Of a stretch of 64,000 nucleotides of DNA, positions 20,770 through 29,737 are shown piece after piece. The first letter of the stretch is position 1; every line of letters begins with the position of its first letter. This DNA comes from Myxococcales bacterium. Lineage in GTDB: Bacteria; Myxococcota; Myxococcia; Myxococcales; 40CM-4-68-19. The notes under the pieces are model-generated. The model searched no databases, was not told where the DNA came from, and worked only from the letters and a program-made list of their open reading frames with translations. The stretch spans positions 751 through 64,750 of the forward strand of contig DATDMU010000273.1 in assembly GCA_036518615.1 (NCBI GenBank), read 5' to 3'. A program made the translations under genes and the position numbers.

Positions 20770-20914
20770 AGAAAACGCTAGTTAATTCAGCATCTTGCCT
20801 GCTCGCCGGCGGGTCTTCCGCATCTGCGGCGGGGCGCGCGACGAAGCTTCCCTGCACTCCGTCGCCTACCGTACAATCGCGCCCGTGAATCCATCTTCGA
20901 TCGCGGGGTTGCGC

Positions 20915-21502
20915 ATGGTTCGGGGGGCCGGGCTCGTTCTGGTGATCATGGCGATGGGCTGCGCGAGCAGCGCTCCCTACGTCTGGGTGGATTCGCTGCC
21001 GCCGCCGCCCGCGGAAGCGCCGAAGAGCGAGTACGTCCTGGCGCCCGGCGACCTCGTCAACGTCCGCGTCTTCAACCAGGACAGCATCTCCGGCAGGACG
21101 CGCATCCGCCCGGACGGCCGCGTCACGGTGCCCTTCGTCAACGACGTGCCCGCAGCCGGCCATACCACCCATGAGCTGGCGAAGAGCCTGCAGACGCTCT
21201 TGCGCGACTACATCAACCAGCCGGTGGTGACCGTCTCGCTCGAGGAGACGGGCCCCACCCGCGTCTCGGTGCTGGGCGAGGTGGGCCGTCCCGGCGTGTA
21301 CCAGCTCGAGCGCGGGCAGGGGCTGCTGCGCGCCATCGCCGCCGCGGGCGGGCTCACCCAGTTCGCCCACAAGGACGGCATCTACCTCCTGCGCGACGGC
21401 TCGCAGGAGCGGATCCGCTTCACCCTCGAAGGCCTCTCCACCCCGGGCAGCCACGGCGCGCGATTCCGGCTGAAGGACGACGACGTCGTCCTGGTGCAGT
21501 AG
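20915..21502 (+). CDS. Short outer-membrane polysaccharide export (OPX/Wza-like) lipoprotein, Poly_export plus one SLBB domain
   Basis: Lipobox VLVIMAMGC, the Poly_export motif YVLAPGDLVNVRVF...RIRPDGRVTVPFVNDVPAAGHT, and SLBB-like VSVLGEVGRPGVYQLERGQGLLRAIAAAGG. At 195 aa it has no long C-terminal helix. The start was trimmed to the ATG at 20915. Confidence 0.85.
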   Translation: MVRGAGLVLVIMAMGCASSAPYVWVDSLPPPPAEAPKSEYVLAPGDLVNVRVFNQDSISGRTRIRPDGRVTVPFVNDVPAAGHTTHELAKSLQTLLRDYINQPVVTVSLEETGPTRVSVLGEVGRPGVYQLERGQGLLRAIAAAGGLTQFAHKDGIYLLRDGSQERIRFTLEGLSTPGSHGARFRLKDDDVVLVQ

Positions 21503-21512
21503 GGCCGCGGCG

Positions 21513-22655
21513 ATGGTCCTGCCGCTTCTGGCGCTGCTCGGCGCTGGCCTCGTCGCCGACGGCTCGCTGCGCCTCGAGGCGCGCGGGGGCACCACCGTGG
21601 CCGGCCAGGACCCGAGCGCCGGCTCGTTCTCCGCCGATCTGCGCAGCGCGCTGCTCGGGCCCGACGGAGCGCTGCGGCTGAACGTCGCGCCCACCGCCGT
21701 CTACTCCCAGGGCAGCCAGGTCTTCGTCCGCGGCGGCATCGAGGGCGAGCTGCGCCTGGGGCAGACCTCACTGCTCCGCGTACGCCAGCGCGGCGGCTAC
21801 GGTGCGGTGGATCTCTCGCCCGTCTCCGGCGCGCTGCCAGCGCCGTCGGCAGACGCCGCGCCGCGGCTTCCCCCGGGCTCCGGATTCGCCTTGCTGCAGG
21901 AGTCGAGCACCGCCGCCGAATTCGAGTCCGCGCTCTCCCAGCGGCTGCGGATCTCGGGCTCCGCGGCGTGGAGCGTCTCGGGAGGTGCGGATGCCGCGGC
22001 TCGCGCTGCCATGCCGCTCTCGCGCGGGCCCCAGGCACGGACAGCCCTGGAATGGGCAGCGACGCGGCTCGACCTCCTGCGCGCGCAGCTCGCGGCCCTG
22101 GAAACCCGCTACTCCAACGGGCGCAGCGCGGCGGTGGCCAGCCTGACCGGCGAATGGCGCTCGACGCTGTCGCGCAGCGCCGAGTTCTCCCTCTCGGGCG
22201 GACCCGCCGTGGGCCGCATTTCCGACGAAGGCCAGCCGGTGCGCACGCTCCCCTACGCGGTCGGCGCAGCGGATCTGCGCGCCGCCGTCGGCCGCGACAT
22301 GCAGACGTCTTTCGGGGTGTCGGTGGAGCCTTTGGGCGATCCGCTGACCGGCGAGCTGGTCGAGCGCGCCTCCGCCCACGTCTCCGCGGGATGGGAGCCC
22401 ACCGGCCGGCCCTCGGTGACCCTGCGGCTCTCCGGCAGCCTGGCCCTGACCGACGGCAACGGCGGGGCCGACAGCGCCGAACGGGGCGACCGGTTCCTGC
22501 AAGCGGAGCTGAGCGCGCGCGTGCCGGTTTCGCGGCGCACCGCGCTTTTCCTGGGCGCGCGTGGCGCCACCCTCAGCCGTCCCCTGCCGGGCCAGCCTGC
22601 GCGGCAATGGGTCGCATTCGTCGGCTATTCCGTGGAGCTCCCGCAGCTCCGGTGA
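21513..22655 (+). CDS. Hypothetical secreted protein, candidate outer-membrane beta-barrel partner of the OPX protein
   Basis: N-terminal hydrophobic segment MVLPLLALLGAGLVA. Amphipathic segments rich in G/S/A/R/L alternate throughout, and the C-terminus is WVAFVGYSVELPQLR. It lies 10 nt after the OPX gene. I recognised no catalytic motif. Confidence 0.5.
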   Translation: MVLPLLALLGAGLVADGSLRLEARGGTTVAGQDPSAGSFSADLRSALLGPDGALRLNVAPTAVYSQGSQVFVRGGIEGELRLGQTSLLRVRQRGGYGAVDLSPVSGALPAPSADAAPRLPPGSGFALLQESSTAAEFESALSQRLRISGSAAWSVSGGADAAARAAMPLSRGPQARTALEWAATRLDLLRAQLAALETRYSNGRSAAVASLTGEWRSTLSRSAEFSLSGGPAVGRISDEGQPVRTLPYAVGAADLRAAVGRDMQTSFGVSVEPLGDPLTGELVERASAHVSAGWEPTGRPSVTLRLSGSLALTDGNGGADSAERGDRFLQAELSARVPVSRRTALFLGARGATLSRPLPGQPARQWVAFVGYSVELPQLR

Positions 22656-22659
22656 CCGC

Positions 22660-22833
22660 ATGCAGAAGGTCGTTCTCATGTCGATCCTCGCGGTCACCAT
22701 CATCCTGCCGGCCCTGGCAGCGCGGGACCCCGATCCGCGGGTCGCGCTGCGCAAGGCCATCCGCTGGACCCTGGTGGGGATTTTTGCCTACGTTGCCGCT
22801 GTTCTGCTGGTGTACCCGCGGCTCGTCGGATGA
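22660..22833 (+). CDS. Small predicted two-TM membrane protein (57 aa), function unknown
   Basis: MQKVVLMSILAVTIILPALAA...WTLVGIFAYVAAVLLVYP. High GC3, and the ATG lies 5 nt after the previous stop. Support is positional only. Confidence 0.4.
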   Translation: MQKVVLMSILAVTIILPALAARDPDPRVALRKAIRWTLVGIFAYVAAVLLVYPRLVG

Positions 22834-22914
22834 GGGTCCGGGCAGGTCCTGCCGCGTGATCGGCCGCGGATCTCATGGTACCCTGCCCGGTCAATCCAGA
22901 CGCGCGCGCGGGCC

Positions 22915-24378
22915 GTGAATTCGAGGGAATGGGTGGGATCGAGCGGAGCACCTTACGAGATCCATCCCCGGCCGGTGGCCGGAGGACCCTACGTGGATCC
23001 TCCTCCCCACGAAGACCTGTTCGACTGGGTGCGGGCGCGGCGATTCGTCCTCTTCGCGCTGCGCTCGGTGCGCCGGCACCCCTGGCTCTTCACCGCCGTG
23101 GCCCTGGCGATGGTGCTGCTCGCCGCCGCGGCCATCGTGGTGCTGCCCAAGACGTACGAGGTCAACTGCCGCCTCCTGGCGCAGCGGAACGCGGTGCTGG
23201 CCGTGCGCTCCGACGCCAGCCCCGCCACCGAGCCCACCCGCGCTGCCGAGGAGACCATCGTCCGGCGCGACAACCTCCACGCGCTCATCCGCCAGACCGG
23301 GCTGATCGAGGAGTGGCCCAGGCGGCGCGCGCCCCTCCTGCGCTTCAAGGACGCGGTGATGCGCATGTTCACCAGGCCGCCGACGGAGAGCGATCTGTCG
23401 GACGGGCTCACCGGCCTCCTGGAGAAGAACCTCAACGTCTGGAGCACGCCGGACGGGGCGGTGACCATCCAGCTGCACTGGCCCGATCCGGTGATGGCCT
23501 ACCGGCTGGTGGACGCCGCGCAGCAGAACTTCCTCGAGACCCGTCACGTCATCGAGGTGTCCACCATCGCGGAGCACATCTCCATCCTCGAGGGCCACGC
23601 CGCCGATCTCAAGAAGGACATCGACCGCCAGGTGGCGGAGCTGCAGAAGCTTCGCGAGCGGTCGGGGCCGCGCGAGCAGCGGGCCGCTCCGCGCGTGGTG
23701 CTGCCGAGGAGCGCCGATGCCGAGGTGGTGAACCTCAAGGTGATGCTGGAGGCCAAGCGCCGCGCCATCACCGACCTCGAAGAGTACCGGCGCCGGCACC
23801 TCTCCGAGCTTCAGGTCAGGCTCGCCGAGCAGCGCGCCGTCTACTCCGAGCACCACCCCGCCATCGTCGATCTGGAGCAGAGCATCGCCTCGCTGCGCAA
23901 CGAGTCGCCCCAGCTCGCGTCGTTGCGCCAGGAGGAGGCGGACCTCAAGGCGCAGCTCGCGCGGCATGGCGAGGCGTCCGACGCGATGCCCTCTGCAGCG
24001 CTGACCATCCCGCCCGATCTGTTCCGCGAGCCGCTCGGCGAGGACTCCTCGGTCGAGTATGCCCGGTCGCAGCTCCGCTTCGTGGTCGGGCAGTACGCAG
24101 CGCTGCGCGAGCGAATCGACGCGAGCCGAATCGACCTGGACACCGCGCGCGCGGCGTTCAAGTACCGCTACGTCGTGGTCCAGCCGCCCGAGGTGCCGCG
24201 CGGCCCCATCAAGCCCAAGGCGCCTCTGGTGATGATCGCCGCCCTCTTCGCCGGCCTCTTCCTCGCGCTCTTCGCCACCACCGCGGTGGATCTGAGGACC
24301 GGAGCGGTGCTGGAGGCGTGGCAGCTGCACGATCTGCTCGGGCCCGGCCAGGCCATCGTCGAGGTGCGGTTCCCGTGA
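22915..24378 (+). CDS. Polysaccharide co-polymerase / chain-length determinant (PCP, Wzz/GumC-like) without a kinase domain
   Basis: N-terminal TM (WLFTAVALAMVLLAAAAIVVL), a long coiled-coil periplasmic region, and a C-terminal TM (LVMIAALFAGLFLALFATTAV). The context is OPX, PCP, Wzy. Confidence 0.8.
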   Translation: MNSREWVGSSGAPYEIHPRPVAGGPYVDPPPHEDLFDWVRARRFVLFALRSVRRHPWLFTAVALAMVLLAAAAIVVLPKTYEVNCRLLAQRNAVLAVRSDASPATEPTRAAEETIVRRDNLHALIRQTGLIEEWPRRRAPLLRFKDAVMRMFTRPPTESDLSDGLTGLLEKNLNVWSTPDGAVTIQLHWPDPVMAYRLVDAAQQNFLETRHVIEVSTIAEHISILEGHAADLKKDIDRQVAELQKLRERSGPREQRAAPRVVLPRSADAEVVNLKVMLEAKRRAITDLEEYRRRHLSELQVRLAEQRAVYSEHHPAIVDLEQSIASLRNESPQLASLRQEEADLKAQLARHGEASDAMPSAALTIPPDLFREPLGEDSSVEYARSQLRFVVGQYAALRERIDASRIDLDTARAAFKYRYVVVQPPEVPRGPIKPKAPLVMIAALFAGLFLALFATTAVDLRTGAVLEAWQLHDLLGPGQAIVEVRFP

Positions 24379-25934
24379 GCCTGGCCGTCGAGGCGCGCCA
24401 CCGCCGCCTCGCCCCGGCGGATCCTCTCGTCCTCTGCGCGGTCGTCGCGCTGGGCCTCCTCACGCTGTGGGTGATCCTCGCCGCCAACGGCAACGTCTGG
24501 CTGGGTCTGACGCCGCTCGCGCTGGTGGCGGTCGTCTTCGCGATGATCCGGCTGCCGCTGCGCTACTCGCTGGTGGGGCTGGCCTTCCTCTGCCTCATCC
24601 TGGAGAACCCCAGCGAAGGGTTCGCGATGCGGCTGTGGGCCTCGCCGCTGGCGCCTCTGGGCGCGGTGATGCTCCAGCACCTGAACCTGACCATCCCCAT
24701 CCCGGCGCTGTTCTTCTCCGGGCTCGACGTCGCTCTCGTCTTCATCATCGGCATCTGGGGGGTGCGCCGCCTCGCGGGCGTGGACGTCGACCTGCGCGGC
24801 AAGGTCGCCGCCGCCATGCCGCTGCGAAGGGCAGGCGTCATCTGCCTCGCCACCATCGGCGTGGTGTGGGCCTTCGGAATGGCCCGGGCGGGCTTCAGCT
24901 TCGGAAATTCCCTCTGGCAGATCTTCCGCGTGGTCTACCTGCCCTGCGTCTTCCTGCTCTTCTGCGCCGCCCTGCGCGGCCCCAGGGAGATCAGGCCGCT
25001 CGGCGTCGCGCTCATGGCCGCGGCGCTCTTCCGCGCGGTGGAGGCAGTCTGGGTGCGCCACCTCTTCCCCGACACCCTGATCATGCCGCACGCGACCACG
25101 CACGCGGACTCGATGCTCTTCGCCGACGCGTTCGTCATGGTGCTGGTGATCTTCTTCGAGCGTCCCACCCGCCGCACGCTGCTCCTCGCCGCGACGACGC
25201 TGCCCGTGCTCTGCGCCGGGATGATCGCCAACAACCGGCGTCTGGTCTGGGTGGAGCTGGGGGTCAGCCTGCTCGTCATCTACGCGATCACGCCGATGAC
25301 CCGCCTCAAGCGGCGCCTCGCCCAGGGCGTCGTCATCTCGATTCCCGTGGTGCTGCTCTACGTCGCCGCCGGCTGGAGCCACCACACCGGCATCTTCGCG
25401 CCGGTCGGGGTCATCCGCTCGGTCGTCGACTCCAAGGCCGACACCTCCACGCTCTGGCGCGACCTGGAGAACTACAACCTCTACTCCACCATCCGCTCCA
25501 ATCCGGTGCTGGGAACGGGGTTCGGTCACGAATACCTGGAGAAGATCCACCTGCCGGACATCTCGCGGTCGTATGCGCTCTACCGGTACGCGCCGCACAA
25601 TTCCATCCTCGGCCTGTTCGCCTACTGCGGAATCGCGGGGTTCGCGGGGATCTGGTTCATGCTCCCGCTGGGCATCTTCTTCGGCGTCCGCTCCTATCGC
25701 TTTGCCCGCTCTCCTCGCGACAGGATGGCCTCTTTGACCGCCATTGGTGTGCTGGTCGCCTACCTGGTGCACTGCTACGGCGACATGGGGCTCGGGACCT
25801 GGACCTCGGTGTTCTGCGTGGGGGCTGCGCTTGCGCTCGTCGGCAAGCAGGCCGTCGCGACGGGAGCGTGGCGGGGCCTGTCCGGCTTCGCTGAATCGCT
25901 GGACGCAAGGCCAGAGACCACTATACATCCCTGA
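24375..25934 (+). CDS. wzy: Wzy-type polymerase / O-antigen ligase family membrane protein
   Basis: A polytopic membrane protein of about 519 aa with roughly 10-12 hydrophobic segments. The GTG start at 24375 overlaps the PCP stop (GTGA). It is the only Wzy_C-like candidate in the locus. Confidence 0.75.
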   Translation: MSLAVEARHRRLAPADPLVLCAVVALGLLTLWVILAANGNVWLGLTPLALVAVVFAMIRLPLRYSLVGLAFLCLILENPSEGFAMRLWASPLAPLGAVMLQHLNLTIPIPALFFSGLDVALVFIIGIWGVRRLAGVDVDLRGKVAAAMPLRRAGVICLATIGVVWAFGMARAGFSFGNSLWQIFRVVYLPCVFLLFCAALRGPREIRPLGVALMAAALFRAVEAVWVRHLFPDTLIMPHATTHADSMLFADAFVMVLVIFFERPTRRTLLLAATTLPVLCAGMIANNRRLVWVELGVSLLVIYAITPMTRLKRRLAQGVVISIPVVLLYVAAGWSHHTGIFAPVGVIRSVVDSKADTSTLWRDLENYNLYSTIRSNPVLGTGFGHEYLEKIHLPDISRSYALYRYAPHNSILGLFAYCGIAGFAGIWFMLPLGIFFGVRSYRFARSPRDRMASLTAIGVLVAYLVHCYGDMGLGTWTSVFCVGAALALVGKQAVATGAWRGLSGFAESLDARPETTIHP

Positions 25935-25956
25935 GGGTCCGCCGCGTCCGGACCGG

Positions 25957-26592
25957 ATGCGCGGGCGAGGAGCTCTTCCGTCGATGGCGAGCCGTCGCGA
26001 CACTCCGGACAAGAAGCCGCGGGACGCAACGGGATCGGCCTTGATCGTCCCGTCGCCCTTCGCCGAAGGGCCGTCCGCGCGAGAGAGCATGGAAGAGCCG
26101 AGCTCTGCCTCGACGCGCGCCGCCGTCGCGGCACACCTCCATCGATTGAACCTGGTCTGGCTCCAGCTGCGCGGCGAATGGGCCTGGATCGCGGTGGTCC
26201 CCGCCGAGCCCGACTTCTCCACGGCCGAGCTTTCGCACACCTTGAGCCGGGTGGGCGCGCAGCTCTCGGGCACCTCGGTCCACTTCATCGAGGCGGTGAA
26301 CGTCGATCTCGACAGCAGCGCCTGGCTGATCGGGCGGCTGGGCAGCTCGGTCGGCGAATCGCAGGCCTGGCAGCGGCGGGATGCGTCCTCCCCCAACTGG
26401 ACCCAGCCCACCGCCCGCACCATCGTCGCGCTGGAGAGCCCGCTCGCGAACCCGCTGGCGTTGCCGGTGGCGCTCGCCGCCGACGGGGTCATCCTCTGCG
26501 TGCGGCGCGGGCGCTCGCGCGTCTCGTCGGTGCGCAACACCATCTCCGCCGTCGGCGCCGACCGGATCCGCTGCACCGTCCTGATGGACTGA
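25957..26592 (+). CDS. Degenerate BY-kinase (CpsD/CapB/Wze)-like protein lacking the Walker A motif and the Tyr cluster; start uncertain (25957 or 25984)
   Basis: The C-terminal half TIVALESPLANPLALPVALAADGVILCVRRGRSRVSSVRNTISAVGADRIRCTVL parallels the BY-kinase pattern vIiDsPP...D..llVvr.g.T......a...L...g..vlGvVlN. The P-loop position reads WIAVVPAEPDFSTAE instead of GEGKST. There is no C-terminal tyrosine cluster. Confidence 0.5.
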   Translation: MRGRGALPSMASRRDTPDKKPRDATGSALIVPSPFAEGPSARESMEEPSSASTRAAVAAHLHRLNLVWLQLRGEWAWIAVVPAEPDFSTAELSHTLSRVGAQLSGTSVHFIEAVNVDLDSSAWLIGRLGSSVGESQAWQRRDASSPNWTQPTARTIVALESPLANPLALPVALAADGVILCVRRGRSRVSSVRNTISAVGADRIRCTVLMD

Positions 26593-26602
26593 CGCCGCCG
26601 GC

Positions 26603-27802
26603 CTAGCTGGACAGCGAGGTCGTCCGGGCCGCCGCGGCTGGGCGGGGGCCAGGATCGGCGGCCTCGAAGAACCGCTTCAGCCGCAGGAACGGCTTTTCGA
26701 ACATCTCGTAGCTGGCCACCGCCACGGCGAGCGAGATGGCGACGCCGAGCAGCGCGCGCACGGCGATGGCCAGCGAATGGCCGGGCAAGAGCGCGTCGAG
26801 CCGCTCTTCGACGTGGAACTCGATGAACCACCAGGTCAGCATGCCGTGATAGACGTAGAGGCCGTAGCTGTACTTGCCGAAGAACCGCAGCACGCTTCCC
26901 TGGAAGAAACGCCCCACCGGGCCCGGCGCCGGCGAGACGCTGATGAGCGCGAGCGCGCCGAAGAGCAGCGCGTAGAGCGATCCGCGGACCTGGTGGAGGA
27001 GCGGCAGGCCCAGCCCGGTGAGCGCGCACCACGCGGAGACGGCGAAGACCGCGAAGGCGAGCACGGCCGCGGCCCGCGGCGCCTTGCGCACCAGCGCCTC
27101 TGCGCCTCCCTCGCGGCGCGCGACCAGCGCGAGCAGCGCTCCCACGCACAGGGTATCGACGCGGCAGGGCGTCAGCACGGAGATGGACAGCTCGCTCACG
27201 CCGTGGAAGGTCAGGTAGACTCGAAGGCCCAGCCCCGCCGCGATCACGCCCGCGCAGATGCGCTCCAGCGTCTCCCGCCGGAAGCTGAACACCACCAGCG
27301 GCCAGAGCAGGTAGAAGTGCTCCTCGATGGCCAGCGACCAGAAGTGGGTCACGTAGCTGAGCGCCCAGGCCGACTTCGCCGCGATGTAGAAGTTGGCCGT
27401 GTACGTCCAGAGGAAGACCTGGTGCCTGCGCGCTTCCTCGAGCAGCGGCGTCGGCTCGGCGATCCGCGGCAGCACCAGGAAGAGCAGCGCCAGCACGAGG
27501 TAGTAGAGGGGGAAGATGCGCAGCGTCCGCCGCGCGTAGAAGTTGCGGAAGTAGTTGGGCCGGTCCTTGGCGTCGACCAGCAGGCCGGTGATGAGGAAGC
27601 CGGAGAGGACGAAGAAGAGATCGACCCCGAGGACGCCGTAGGACGCGGCCTTGACGACCAGCCGCTGGAGCACGGTCTGCGGGCTGGCGTCGCCCACGAA
27701 GTGGACCGCCATCACCATCAGGATCGCCAGCCCGCGGACGCCGTCCAGCCCCGGCAGGTGGCCCGTCAGCCGGACCCGCGCTCCCCTCTCCACGGCGGAC
27801 AT
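26603..27802 (-). CDS. Acyltransferase family 3 membrane protein (polysaccharide O-acetyltransferase type)
   Basis: LPGLDGVRGLAILMVMAVHF, VDLFFVLSGFLIT and RRTLRIFPLYY are hallmark Acyl_transf_3 motifs. About 10 TM segments. Confidence 0.9.
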   Translation of the reverse strand: MSAVERGARVRLTGHLPGLDGVRGLAILMVMAVHFVGDASPQTVLQRLVVKAASYGVLGVDLFFVLSGFLITGLLVDAKDRPNYFRNFYARRTLRIFPLYYLVLALLFLVLPRIAEPTPLLEEARRHQVFLWTYTANFYIAAKSAWALSYVTHFWSLAIEEHFYLLWPLVVFSFRRETLERICAGVIAAGLGLRVYLTFHGVSELSISVLTPCRVDTLCVGALLALVARREGGAEALVRKAPRAAAVLAFAVFAVSAWCALTGLGLPLLHQVRGSLYALLFGALALISVSPAPGPVGRFFQGSVLRFFGKYSYGLYVYHGMLTWWFIEFHVEERLDALLPGHSLAIAVRALLGVAISLAVAVASYEMFEKPFLRLKRFFEAADPGPRPAAAARTTSLSS

Positions 27803-27826
27803 CCTATCGCCCGCTATGGGGTGGCC

Positions 27827-29737
27827 TCAACGAAGACCGCGCAAGGGGTGGCGATTTTCGCCGGACATCCAGCGGGCAAAATGGAGGGCGTAGAGCGCGG
27901 GCGCCTGCCAGTCGAGCGACACCTCGTTGGTGGACCAGCTGTCGTTGTCGGTGTAGCGGCCCTCGTAGGGGGTCTCTTCGCCGCGGGGAAAGGCGGGGTC
28001 GCCCCAGTACCCCCAGACCGGAATCGGCCGCGCCAGCGGATTGGACCTGTCCGCCGGATCCGGCGCCAGGTTGGGCCCTCCCGCGACCATGCCCGGGAAG
28101 AGGAAGGGCGCGGCGTTCAACGCCGCGAGCCAGTGGTGAAAGGCGTGCTGGCGTGCGTGCGTCGTGCCCGGCAGGCCGCTCACGTAGCAGAACTGGAGGT
28201 AGTTGCGGCCGAGCATCGCGTGCAGGTTGGCGAGCGCCTGGTCGCAGTCGTCGCGCGCGCCGTCCGGATCCTCGATGCAGGCGGCCGCCGACGATGCGTT
28301 GGTGCGGGTCAGGCTCGCGGCCACCGATCCCCAGTGCGTCGGGCCGGCGAGCTGGAACGGCTGGGCGCGGCCCTCCTCCAGGACCTGGGCCGCGCGGGCG
28401 CGGATGCGCTGCCGCAGGGCGGCCTTGCGCACAGGGTCTGCGGCGGAAGCGCGCAGGTAGAGCCGCGCCGCCAGCCCTCCGAAGCGGAGATAGGACGGGT
28501 CCGGATCGAGCGCGACCTGGAAGCGCGCGAACTCGTCGTCGAACCGGCGCTCGCCGGTGGCGAAGAGGAGCCCCGCCGCGGCGAACATGCGCGCCTGCCG
28601 CCCGGCCTGCGCGTCTCCGTCGGCGCGGTAGGCCGGGCAGGTGGGTCCGTCGGTCGCCGCGTCGCCCTGCTGCGCGAGGTAGTCGTATCCCCTGCGCGCG
28701 GCCAGGAGCGCCCGCCCGGAGAAGGCCGCGTCGAACGGCCGATAGAGGAGCGAGGCGTAGGCGAGGTTGCCCACCGCGCGCGCGGTGGCGAGGGTTCCCG
28801 GCTCGCCGGCGCGGTAGCGCGGCATGCGCTCGGGAAGGTTGGCGCCGTAGGGCCCATACTGCTCCTCGCAGACGGCATTGAGGAACGCGCCGGAGGCCTG
28901 CTGCACCGAGAGCAGGAAGTCCAGTCCCCACCTCGCCTCGTCGAGCAGGTCGGGGATGCCGTTGCCGGATTCGGGGATGTTGGTGTCGTCCTCCGCGGGC
29001 GAAAAATCGCGGAAGGCGTCGAGCATCCAGAACAGCGCGGAGTTGAGGGACGCGCTGTAGATGGAAAAGTCGCCCGCGTCGTGCCACCCGCGAACCACGC
29101 CCGGGGGCGCGCTGCCGGCGTCGCTCGCGTGCACCCAGGGGCCCTCTGCGTGAGCGGCGTCGATGGCGGTGAAGGCGCGCTGGAAATAGAAGCCGCGCTG
29201 GACGGCGCGGACCGCGGCGTCGAAGACGTGCGGGCCGACGTCGAACGGATGGCTCTCGCCCGCCGCGGTGACGATGCGGTAGCGGCCCTCGGCGCGCAGC
29301 GCGGAGAAGTCGCCCACGAAGACGCTGCCGCTGGTGCCGGGAAGCTTCGTAGCCAGCTCGCGCAGCGGCGCGCCGCCCTGGAGGACGACGGCCCCGTCGG
29401 CCTGCCGAACCACCTGGAAGGAGTCGAAGCGCCAGGGCGAAGTGAAGAGCTTGCGCATGCCCGGCGCGTACCCCACCTGCGAGGCGGCCAGGTGCGCGAA
29501 GGGAGGGAGGTCCGAGCGCATCCTGCCGCGCTGCCGGTTCACGTTCCAGGCGAGGACGCGCTTCACCAGGCTGCGCGGTCCCGCGGGGCTGAGCAGGGCC
29601 AGCGCGCCGGCGCCCGCGACCAGCGCGACGGCGGCGGCTTTCCAGGTCTTCAAGCATCTCCCCGTCGCGGCCGCTGGATCCTCGGCGCGGCCGCTGGCAT
29701 CCTCTCCCTTCGAGCCCGCCGATGCCAGCCGCTCCAC
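27827..29737 (-). CDS. Glycoside hydrolase family 9 endoglucanase-like enzyme with an N-terminal Ig-like (CelD_N) domain
   Basis: GH9 signature RGWHDAGDFSIY, with downstream IPDLLDEARWGLDFLLSVQ and YVSGLPG...HHW. N-terminal anchor AAAVALVAGAGALALL. The start at 29737 overlaps the divergent gene by 16 nt, so one of the two starts is uncertain. Confidence 0.8.
   Translation of the reverse strand: MERLASAGSKGEDASGRAEDPAAATGRCLKTWKAAAVALVAGAGALALLSPAGPRSLVKRVLAWNVNRQRGRMRSDLPPFAHLAASQVGYAPGMRKLFTSPWRFDSFQVVRQADGAVVLQGGAPLRELATKLPGTSGSVFVGDFSALRAEGRYRIVTAAGESHPFDVGPHVFDAAVRAVQRGFYFQRAFTAIDAAHAEGPWVHASDAGSAPPGVVRGWHDAGDFSIYSASLNSALFWMLDAFRDFSPAEDDTNIPESGNGIPDLLDEARWGLDFLLSVQQASGAFLNAVCEEQYGPYGANLPERMPRYRAGEPGTLATARAVGNLAYASLLYRPFDAAFSGRALLAARRGYDYLAQQGDAATDGPTCPAYRADGDAQAGRQARMFAAAGLLFATGERRFDDEFARFQVALDPDPSYLRFGGLAARLYLRASAADPVRKAALRQRIRARAAQVLEEGRAQPFQLAGPTHWGSVAASLTRTNASSAAACIEDPDGARDDCDQALANLHAMLGRNYLQFCYVSGLPGTTHARQHAFHHWLAALNAAPFLFPGMVAGGPNLAPDPADRSNPLARPIPVWGYWGDPAFPRGEETPYEGRYTDNDSWSTNEVSLDWQAPALYALHFARWMSGENRHPLRGLR

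Noticed and set aside
20770-20914. A sigma-70-like TACAAT (-10) element and possible -35 hexamers upstream of the OPX gene; also searches for further sigma-54 promoters upstream of the peroxiredoxin, asnB, 44840 and wbaP genes.
   Set aside because: - No -35/-10 pair has convincing spacing.
- No GG-N10-GC match with a TTGC -12 element was found in those leaders.
- No promoter is reported there.
29722-29737. The 16-bp overlap of the divergent GH9 and DUF4038 start codons as a real shared-start arrangement.
   Set aside because: - Overlapping divergent 5' ends would leave no promoter space.
- One start is more likely mis-assigned, for example an internal GTG/TTG start for GH9 or a downstream start for the DUF4038 gene.
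- This cannot be resolved without homologue alignments.
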